Assembly (NCBI GenBank): GCA_020891255.1
Contig: BQFW01000008.1
Span: forward strand, 2,170,001-2,234,000
DNA from: Entomortierella parvispora E1425
Lineage: Eukaryota > Fungi > Mortierellomycota
Direction of reading: 5' to 3'
DNA: 64,000 nucleotides
The notes beneath the pieces were generated by a model. It saw nothing but the letters and a program-made list of their open reading frames with translations. It did not search any database and was not told the origin of the DNA. The position numbers and the translations under genes were made by a program. Below, in pieces: positions 54,308 to 64,000 of the stretch. The number at the start of each line of letters is the position of its first letter. The first letter of the stretch is position 1.

Positions 54308-54644
54308 GGCGAGCTCTATATGGGCAGGGGTAGGGTAAGGGGAAAGGTTGAGAAAGGTGTGAATGAGAGAGTGGAAGGAAGGAAGAATGGAGGTAATGGA
54401 AAGCAGGATAAGAAAAAGGTGGCGCGTGACTGTCTCTCGTTCTCTCGCACCTCGACAGCGTGCTGTGTTTCAAAGTGTCCTTTTTGGCCACTCTTGTCGC
54501 GTCCGTCTGTTGTTCTCTTCCCATCGCATCTGATCTCCATCTATACCTCTCCTTCTCGACCAAGGTCCCGCCCGCATCCTCGCAGAACGAACACGCCACG
54601 GGCCAGGACAGTTGCAGCAGACAGACACATACACACCCTCCACC
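54308..54644. promoter_or_regulatory. Short divergent (bidirectional) promoter between the LMBR1-family gene and SMC4
   Basis: The two ATGs are head to head and only about 337 bp apart. CGCG cores occur at 54421-54430 (GGCGCGTGAC) and about 54496-54503 (GTCGCGTC). Confidence 0.55.
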
Positions 54645-57600
54645 ATGGCCGAGGATCAAATCCAACCGGACAATGTCACTTCCCCGCCACCATCACCCCT
54701 GGCATCCACGCCTGACCTGCCCATCGAGGACATTACTATCTCGACCCCTGAGGACAAGCTTCCTGCAGCTTCCTCGGGTCTATTAGCGCCTCCCTCTGCC
54801 CCTGCATCTTCTTCCTCGCGTCAGTCTTCGCCTATGCACTTTAACAAGCGGCACTCGCTGGCAGGACAGGACGCCACCATGACTCTGCCTGAGCCCCCTG
54901 TCGAGCCTGTGCCTCGCCTCGTGATTGAAAAAATGGTTCTCATCAACTTCAAGTCGTACGCAGGTCGTCAGGAGATCGGGCCTTTCCACAAATCCTTCAC
55001 CTCCGTTGTGGGTCCTAACGGAAGCGGCAAGAGTAACGTAATTGATGCCCTCCTGTTCGTCTTTGGTTATCGTGCAAGCAAGATGCGTCAGGGCAAACTC
55101 TCGGAATTGATCCACAACTCGTCCGGCGCGGAAGATCTGGAGAGTTGTACAGTCGAGATTCATTTCTGCGAGATTTTGGACTTGGTAAGCTCTCCAAAGA
55201 TTTAGCAGCAAGGAAATATTGTTTGGAAAACCAGAGCAGATCTAGAATCTATTTAGTGACAAACAAAGGAACTTGCCCCCCTTCTCGAATATAGCCAGGA
55301 CCAGACAATTTTGAGCGCATTGCAGGATCCAACTTGGTAGTCGCCCGCCAGGCTTTTGCCTCCAACACCAGCAAATACTTTATCAACAACTTCCTGAGCT
55401 CATATACAGCTGTGACCACGCTTTTGAAAGGTCGGGGTATTGATTTGGATCACAAACGCTTCCTGATCTTGCAGGGAGAAGTCGAGTCGATTTCACAAAT
55501 GAAGGCCAAGGCGCAGAACGAACATGAGGATGGATTGCTTGAGTACTTGGAGGATATCATCGGAACCTCGGCATACAAAGAGACGATCGAAAAATCGGCG
55601 GTCGAATTAGAGGCTCTGAATGATGAGAGATCGGAAAGACTTACCAGAGTCAAATACGTCGAAAAGGAAAAAGAGAGTCTCGAGGTAAGTTTAAGAGAGG
55701 AGTTCATAAAGTCATAGGCTGGACGAGATGTATACCACCCGGCGGTATGATTAAATTGAACTCGTGATGCTCATTGTCGACTTAGGACAAGAAACGGGAA
55801 GCTGAGGCATTCTTAAAGAATGAAAACAACCTGGCAGTCAAGCAGTCTGCATTGTATCAAATCTATCTGTTTGAATGCAACAAGAGATCGGCTAAAGATA
55901 AAAAGATGGCCGTAAGCTTCCGTTTTGCGAATTCATTATGGAAGGGAACGTCACCTACAATACTGTACTCACCAAACTCCATATTTTATTGTAATTTGAA
56001 TTGAATAGGCCCATCTTACCGCAAAACTTGAAGAGGATCATGAGAAGCACAAGGGATTGAAAGAGGAGATTCAGACTTTGGAAAACCAACATAATGTCAG
56101 GGTCAAAGAATACGAAAAGGTCGACAAGGAAGCAAGCGAGATCTTGAAGCAATTGGCCAAAATTGATCGCGAGGATGTCCAGATGCAAGAAAACAGGAAG
56201 CATTTAAAGAATAAGGAGAAAAAAACCAACAAGGCTCTCGCTGCCGTATGTATCTCCTGCGTTTTCGATTTCGGCTATTCTCACCTTGATGTCAAGTCAT
56301 AGTCACTCAGCAGTCTTTATTTTTCTTTACAACGTCTAGGACAAACATTCACTCTCAGACAACCAATCTTGGGTTCGGAACCATGAGTCTGACCTCGTTA
56401 AACATCAAGGCGAGCTGGAAAAGCTAGAAAGGAATCTCGAGGCTGCAGAGGAAGAGATGGAGCACATTCGCCAAAGTCTCAAAGGTAACAAAGTGACAAT
56501 TTTTCTGAATCGACCACCAGTAACTCTCGATACCCTTCATTCAATGAACTAATCCCGAATTATTACCTTCAGGAAAAACTGAGGAGTTCTCACAGCAGAT
56601 CGAAATCCATCAAAAGGAACTGGCTCCCTGGACGGCAAAGATTGTAGCTAAACAGAGCGAGGTCGACATGGCACAGTCTGAACACGACTTGTTGCAGCAA
56701 AAGGCAAAAAGCTTGAGATCCAACTTTGAAGAGGCAGAGACGGCCTTGTCACACCTTCATAGTGCACAAAAATCAAAGGAGGCAGAAATCGTGGAATTGC
56801 AAGAGAATGTGGACGCCTCAGCGGATCAGATTGCAGACATGGAAGAAAAGATCAAGGTAACGCGATGACAGCTTTTTACCCTCTCTACAACCCATCACAA
56901 TCACTGTCTGACATTGTTAAATGTTGTTTATTTGAATAGCAAACGGCGGAGCGCGAAAAGTTGCTCAAGGATAAAGCCAATGCAGCCAGGAATCGAGCAG
57001 AAGAGGGCCGTGCCTCACAGCAAAAGACGCAGTCCAGATCTGCAGTATTGACAAACCTGATGCGACAAAAAGACCTTGGAAAGATCATTGGCATCCATGG
57101 AAGACTCGGCAACCTTGGCGCAATTGATGATCGTTACGATGTTGCCATCTCGACAGCATGCCCAGCCCTGGACAACATTGTCGTCGATAATGTCGAAGTC
57201 GGTCAACAGTGTGTTGAGTTTGTTCGCAAGAACAACCTAGGACGAGTCTCGTTGATTCTCCTCAATCAGTTGCCCCGTCGTAACCTTGATCGGATTCAGA
57301 CACCTGAAAACGTCCCTAGACTCTTTGATTTGGTCCGACCTGCAGACCCAATGTTTGCTGCCGCTTTTTACAGTGTCATGCAAGACACCTTGGTTGCAGA
57401 GGACATGAAGCAGGCTAACAGGATCGCATATGGAAAACAGCGCTGGAGAGTCGTGACATTGGATGGGCAGTTGATTGACAAATCCGGCACAATGACTGGA
57501 GGAGGAACCCGTGTCAACCGCGGTGCCATGAGCTCAACTCTGTCAACAGGAGAATTCTCCGCAGAGGCTGTCCGGAAGATGGAAGATGAGCGAGACAAGG

Positions 57601-59356
57601 CCGAGAATGAACTTCGATTCTTCCAGCAACAAAAAACGTCCTTGGAACGAGAGTTGAGCTCAGCAGTAGCCAACGTGCCCAAAATGAAGATGCGGCTTTC
57701 TATGTTCCAGATGGATGTTCAAGCCGGTCAGCAGCGGATAGCAGAGTCATCCAAGCGTGTAGAGATCCTTCGCAAGGAGGCAGAGCCAAAGGCATCGGAC
57801 CTAGCCACGATCAAGCAACTCGCCAAAAAAACTGTAGAGCTTCAGAGCGAGGTGATCTCGATCAAGAAGAATGCAGAGGCAATCCAAGCAAAAATCAAAG
57901 ATTTGCAAAACAAGATTTTGGACGCCGGCGGTGTGAAGTTGCGAGCTCAAAAGTCAAAGACAGATGGATTGCGGGAACAGATCGAGAGTCTTGGTGACAA
58001 GATGACGAAAACCAAGGTCGCCAAAAACAAGGCTGAGAAGGATGTTATCAAGCTGGGTAACCAAATTACAAAACACGAGAAGGAGTTGGCAGAGGTCTCT
58101 GTTGAGCTGGAGAAACTTGAGGCTGAGATCAAGGAAAAGTCACAGGAGGCCGCAGGAATCCGCAAACGAGCTGAAGAAGCCAAGCAGGTAATATTTTTAA
58201 GGACTTTATACTTTATTTTGCTTCGTCCTTGCCTATTGCCAGCTCAGAAACACCCTTGAAACTGAACGATTTTTGTTTTGTTGGTCGGTTTTAGATCATG
58301 GAAGAAAAGAAGGAAGAGATGGAGGAGCTGAAGCAGGAGCTAGACGAGAAGGTTCGAGTGATTAACAAGATCAGAACCGCCGAGGTTGAGATGAAGAACC
58401 AGCTGGATGATTTGAAACAGTCTCTGGTTGAGCATGAGCGTCGTCATAAGCACTGGACAGATCTACTTGAGACATTGACAATCCAAGAAGTGGATTACGA
58501 CGAAGACGAGGTTGTCGCGGAGCTGCAGCAAATTCCAGAGACTGACCTCGCCATGATTGACAAGCAAGAACTCGAGCAACAAATCCAGGCGTTGGAACAG
58601 GAACTTTCTGCCACGAAGCCCAACCTGACTGTTCTGGAGGAGTACAAGAAGAGAGAAGAAGAGTATCTTGCTCGAGCCAAAGACTTGGAGGAGATGACTG
58701 TTCGAAGAGAGGAGGCCAAGAAAGCTTACGATGAGTTGCGGAAACGGCGCCTGGACGAGTTTATGGCTGGTTTCCAAATCATTTCCTTGAGACTCAAAGA
58801 AATGTATCAGATGATCACGCTCGGAGGCAATGCAGAGCTGGAGCTAGTCGACTCCTTGGACCCATTCTCTGAGGGAATTATCTTTTCTGTCATGCCTCCC
58901 AAGAAATCATGGAAGAACATCTCGAACCTTTCAGGAGGCGAAAAGACGCTCAGTTCCTTGGCTCTAGTCTTTGCCCTGCATCATTTCAAGCCAACGCCGC
59001 TTTATGTTATGGACGAAATTGACGCCGCTTTGGATTTCAGAAACGTATCGATCGTGGCAAACTACATCAAAGAGCGGACCAAGAACGCGCAGTTTGTGAT
59101 CATCTCATTGAGAAACAACATGTTTGAACTCGCGGATCGTCTCGTGGGTATCTACAAGACTGACAACAAGACAAAGTCGATATCGGTCAACCCTAGCGCA
59201 ATCACAGTGCTGAGGCCTACCCCTGTGCCTATGACTCCGTCACAGACAATTTCAGGCGGGGCAAATTCAGGTTCAATGACGCCGAGACGCGTATCATCAG
59301 TGGGACCTCGCCACGGTGGGGAATCGCACTCTCGGCGCCCAAGTGTCTCGAACTGA
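54645..59356 (+). CDS. SMC4: Condensin subunit SMC4
   Basis: [17 protein letters not shown]...[23 protein letters not shown] (Walker A), [16 protein letters not shown], hinge [10 protein letters not shown]...VVTLDG...[26 protein letters not shown] (signature), [17 protein letters not shown] (Walker B/D-loop). Confidence 0.97.
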
Positions 59357-59483
59357 TGTATGGGCCATCGAGAAATAAAATAGCTGCACGTGATGAACAT
59401 CAATTTTATTTTAGGGGCTAGAGGCGCCGTTCCATTTTTTCTTTCTCTCACTCCCAATTAATCGAAATGACAGGTGCGGACTC

Positions 59484-60125
59484 TCACGTGACCGCAGTTG
59501 GGCGGCTATCCATCGATGCACCATCCATCGATCCATCTATCAATCGCTCAAGGACCATCGACTTCAACCCAACTATACAGGAGGAGTCTATGCTGCTGGA
59601 GACAGGAAGAATCCATGCTGGAGGACCGACCACTTTTTTTCTTTTGTGAGGGATGGATCGTGATCATTCCATTTATGAGTTCATGAATGGAAAATCTCGA
59701 TTTTTTTCTTTCCAGTAATCGAAAGAAACTCTGATGGCATGTAGTTGTCATCAGGGAAGGTCGATCCCGGCTCCAGTTCATTGCTACCATCAGGATCAGC
59801 CTGGGGGCGATATCAATGGGGAAAAAAAGAGCCCTGTCCTCTGCTACTGGACATCACTTCCTTGGACTATTCTATGTTCGGGTGCGCTGATGCAAGAAAA
59901 ACTCTGCATAGACTCACATGTGGAAACAGACATCCATCTCAGTACATCAGGAAGAATCAAAGAAAGCATCGCATGGAAACGACATGAGAATAACAAGGGA
60001 GAGGCTCTGTTTTCACGAAAAGTCATTTGCGGCTAATTCTTGAAAAACAGTGTCCCCAACTTTGTGAAGGAGAATCCATCGGAGGCTTGAATCAGGTCGA
60101 CAAACACTCTTACCGACAGATCAAC
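59484..60125 (+). promoter_or_regulatory. RPL25 upstream region with TCACGTGAC, CCATC/ATCGAT tract and ATCAGG cluster
   Basis: TCACGTGAC at 59484-59492; tract at 59506-59546; ATCAGG at 59750, 59789, 59946 and 60091. Confidence 0.5.
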
Positions 60126-61072
60126 ATGGCACGCGTTTTTGCATCCATCACCATTCCTCCCATCCACCTTCAACAGAAGACAGCAAAGAGTAAGCACCAA
60201 TCTGACTCTTTTCTCCCCCTATTCTCTAAAAAATAGCCATTCCTTCGGATAAGAACAAGGCTCTCGCTGCCAAGAAGGCTGCCTTGAAGGGCGTCAACGG
60301 TCAGAAGGCTCGCAAGATCCGCACCTCGACCACCTTCAACCGCCCCAAGACCCTCAAGCTTGCCCGTAACCCCAAGTACGCTCGCAAGTCTGTTCCCCAC
60401 GTCCCCCGTTTGGATCAGTACAAGGTCTTGAAGACTCCCCTCAACACCGAGTCTGCCATGAAGAAGATTGAGGAGAACAACACCTTGGTCTTCCTCGTTG
60501 ACGTCAAGGCCAACAAGCGCCAGATCAAGGATGCCTTGAAGAAGATGTACGATGTTACCGCTCTCAAGGTCAACACCCTCATCCGGTAAGGTTTTTTTGT
60601 TTTATTTACTGACTTTACGCGATAAGAATGCACGCACCGTTCATTTCAGGGGAGCGACAGGATCGTTGGACAAAAGACCTTCAAAGGGCAAACACCAAGG
60701 AATCTCTTCAGTTGCAGGATGTGAGGGTTATCCGACTGCCGATCAACCCTGCTGGACACCCCCTTTAATGGATTACGATATTCGTTATACAAGCATGAGT
60801 TCGACACAGAATGAATTTATGAGAGCATTCATCAAGCTGATGATAGCATGCGAACCTCAGGAACATCACTATTTCCCCTACTTTGGACCAAATCAAACGA
60901 CCGTTTCCCAGAAGTGATGGTTCACAGAATGGAATACATAAACACGTTACCTAACGAACAAATATCTTTCTGATTGCCTTATTTTAGCCCCGATGGAAAC
61001 AAGAAGGCCTACATCAAGCTCACCGCTGATGTCGATGCCCTTGATGTTGCCAACAAGATTGGATTCATCTAA
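60126..61072 (+). CDS. RPL25: 60S ribosomal protein L25/L23a (uL23); 5' end ambiguous
   Basis: [47 protein letters not shown]...[31 protein letters not shown]...KVNTLIR / intron 60586-60987 / [27 protein letters not shown]-stop. Confidence 0.95.
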
Positions 61073-61300
61073 ATATTTTGATCTCTCCTTACCTTCAAAA
61101 ATAAAAAGATTTCCGATCAAGGCACGCAGAGCACTAAAATCTTCAAAGTGTCGCTGGCGTTTCAAAAAAAAAAAAAAAAAAAAAAAGAAAAGAAAGCTAT
61201 CTCATTTTCTTTTCCTTCTTTTTCAATGTCATTATTGAGTATGGGTGTTTTTTCATTTATTTTTTTATTTTGAAAGTGTCGAAGAGCTATGAGAACTCGT

Positions 61301-64000
61301 TCACCACATTCCGTTGTGTGCGTTCAGTCCATTTTGCATCATGACTTTGTTGCGGATGGCCTCTCGTTCCTTTTCCAGTTGCTGGACCGTCTTGACAGGA
61401 AGCATGGTCTGCTTCAGAGGCTCTACTCCTTCTGCCAATCGAAGCTCCTTGATGCCCGTTCCATGATGATTATTATTATTATTAAGGTTGCTGTAGAACC
61501 CATTGTTGGTGTTTGGGTTGTGATGTGAGGTCGGGCTGCTACCGTTGACACTAGATCCGCCACCATTGTTGTTGTTGTTGGATTGGGAAGAGACGGATCC
61601 ATTGGGGGATCCGGTATCATTCGCTAAGCCATTGTTGTGATGGAACCGAAGGCCGTTCAGTCGCAAAAGGCCTGGAGCACCACCAACACCGCCGCCACCA
61701 GAAGGGTTTCCGAGTGGAACTCCATTCCGGTGACCATCAAAGTGCTGCTGTTGCTGTTGCTGTTGTTGCTGCTGCTGCTGCTGTTGGGGGTGATGAAGGT
61801 GATCGTCTTGAGAGGGAGGGGTATAGATCGGGGCGCCGCAGCTTTCCAAAAACTCGAGCGCACACTGTGTCTGATCAATCGTCTTCATGTCCGGTGTCCG
61901 TTGAACACACATGATACAATCCTGGGCCAATTGGATTCTTCGAAGCTTGCCCTCCTTGCCTTGCCAATCTGACAGCAAGTTCTTGAACAGTGGTTTTGAG
62001 TTCTTGTCTGGCCCATCGGCCTTGGAACACAACTCGCTCGCCTTCTTGATCGTCTCGGGCAAGGACGACATCAAATCATTCTCCAACAGGAACCAGGCAC
62101 TCATCACCCTCAAGTTCTCGGCCGCCACACACAACGCATTGCGCTTGTTGCTATTCTTGATCGAGGGGTCCGCGCCATAGAGCAACAACATTTGACACAG
62201 ATCTGCGTCATCCATCCGCTCGAGGACCATGTGCAATGCCGTCGACTTTTTGTGGTCCTGTGCATTCACCTCCGCTCCCTTCTTGAGCAGTAACTCAACC
62301 ACGGGTCCCATCGGCTCCTTGCAATGGTGGATGGCATAGTGTAAGGCCGTCCGTTGGTAATGCTGATCCGTAAGTTTGGCTACCAGGGCTCCATACTTGA
62401 ACAAGACGCGCATCGTCTCCACCAAGACCTTGGTCGAGTTCAGATTCGAATTTGTGAACAGGACCATCAGTGGTGTGCGCTTCTTGCTATCACGCACGTT
62501 GCAGTCCGCTCCAGACTTCACCAACATTGTCACAGCCTCCAATGGGTTGGGGTATTGCTCGCACACAAAGTGCAGGGCCGTCATGCCGTTTTGATCTGCG
62601 CGATCCAAGGAAGCTCCGTATTGGATCAAGACCTTCATGGTCTCCATGGCATGGCGCGATCGAGCTGCGACCAAGAGCGCAGTCGGGTGAGGGAAGAATC
62701 CGATGGATTGGTTCACCAGGTATGGGTGAACCTTCAAAAGTCTTTCAATCAACTCAACATCGCCCTGGGTGATGGCTGTGAAAAAATCGGATGATTCATC
62801 TTGATCCAGCTCCTTGTAGGGATCTGCAAGACTGTAAAAGTTGTCAAATTGGAACCGAGGTTTCGTAGATGACGAAGAGGGTCCAGCTCCTGTTGCAGCA
62901 GTGGCTTGGGCTGAGCCTGCAGAAGGTGCGGCTGTTCCATGAGGGGTGGTCGTCGTTGACGCTGTGGAAGGGGTCGTTGAGGGGGGTGGAGATCCTTCTT
63001 TGCCATGTCGCTGGTCTCGAGGATCCGAGGATCCATCTTCGGATGCAGCGTGACGTGATGAGGCTAGAGAACAATATGTATAAGTCAGTATCTCAATGAA
63101 CAACTCCAAATCATCATCAGAGAAGAACTCAAAACATGAAGCGCCGACTTACTGGATCCCTCGTAATCTTTTGAGCCATCTGGTGACTTGCTTGCGACTA
63201 ATGATAAATAATACGCAAAAGAACAAACTGTTAGCGCGACTTTCATATTTAAATGAGAAGGAGTCAATTTTAGACTGCATACCTTTGTGTTCCCGCGCCT
63301 TCTGAAGTCCCGCACGAATAGTGTCGACAACTGGGAAGTAACCTCCGGGGCCTCTGGCGGCTGCTGGCGCTGATGATGACGATGAAGACGTAGCAGATGA
63401 GGCACCCGCATTGTTGCCAGCGTTCACTAGCGCGGCAGCGACCTTTTGAGCTTCAATTTGCCGACTTGTCAAGGCAGAGTTGATTCCAGTCTGAATCTTT
63501 CCATCGAGTTGCCTCGATGTCTTGTGAGGAGCTGGTGCGGCAGCTGACGATGATGCCGAGGAAGGAGGCGCAGATGGAGACTCTGAGGGTCGTTTGAACA
63601 CATGTGGCTCTAAGGGACTCACAATAGGGAAGCCCATGGGAACTTGTCGAGCAGGGGTGGATCGAGTTTCTCCGGCGGCGGAGGATGGGGAGGACGATAG
63701 TGATGAGGAAGGGGCCTCGGATTCACCAGATCGCTTGTCCTGGATAACTTTTCCCTTGGGTGCTGAGGGATTGTAGGTTGTCGTGGGGACGTACTTGATG
63801 GGCGTGACAGGGTTCCTGGGTGCTTCTCCAGCAGCGACTTTGTTAAGACCTGCAACCCCGTTCAGACTTGGAGATGGAGGGGGTCCTGCTGGTGGTTTGG
63901 GAGATGGACCCAACAATGGTGAGCCTGAGGGCTTTGATGGTGGCCCAGGAGCCAAGCGTCCAGCCTGACCTGTAGGTGGCGAGATTGTCTTGGATGGTCG
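61301..64000 (-). CDS. Ankyrin-repeat protein with Pro/Ser-rich N-terminal part and polyQ/N-rich C-terminus; 5' end lies beyond the window
   Basis: About 6-7 ankyrin repeats (PTALLVAA, GMTALHFVC, KRTPLMVL, QRTALHYAI, KSTALHMV, KRNALCVAA). The frame is open from 64000 and splices via a short internal exon (VASKSPDGSKDYEGS) to TSSRHAASEDG. Confidence 0.82.
61745..61786 (-). repeat. Mixed CAG/CAA polyglutamine tract (14 Q)
   Basis: CTG/TTG run on the plus strand inside the ankyrin gene. Confidence 0.85.

Noticed and set aside
60838-60973. Possible C/D snoRNA in the RPL25 intron (TGATGA ... CTGA)
   Set aside because: The CTGA coincides with the likely branch point near the acceptor, I see no terminal stem, and I cannot identify an rRNA-complementary guide.

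Overview
Gene-dense, intron-rich fungal genomic DNA. The short GT-AG introns, Q/S/H-rich low-complexity proteins, tandem-PAS and kelch-TM genes and fungal-type ADE5,7 fit an early-diverging fungus, probably Mortierellaceae (inference). I could splice together 22 protein-coding genes by hand: RPB4, a YANK/STK32-like kinase, CutC, a Tea1/Kel1-like protein, a 4-TM protein, a HAL/NPR-family kinase, a ZCCHC9-like protein, an ERMP1-like M28 peptidase, IVD, RPL32, myosin RLC, a kelch-TM protein, a tandem-PAS protein, a bHLH factor, ADE5,7, a putative mitochondrial protein, a SLY41-like transporter, a PAAT/C10orf88-like protein, an LMBR1-family protein, SMC4, RPL25 and a 5'-truncated ankyrin protein. 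I saw no tRNA, rRNA, CRISPR array, transposon or horizontally acquired cluster, and most short ORFs in the track are antisense or alternative-frame shadows. The best leads are: (1) a set of cis-motifs (ATCAGG clusters, a shared 12-mer and a CCATC/ATCGAT tract) common to the two ribosomal-protein promoters 31 kb apart; (2) an unresolved RPL25 start, with ATA where ATG would be expected or else an N-terminal extension; (3) an orphan spliced unit near 16.0-16.9 kb; (4) a probable fungal PAAT/C10orf88 homolog; and (5) a long GC-AG intron in the ERMP1-like gene. Family assignments come from remembered motifs, not database searches.
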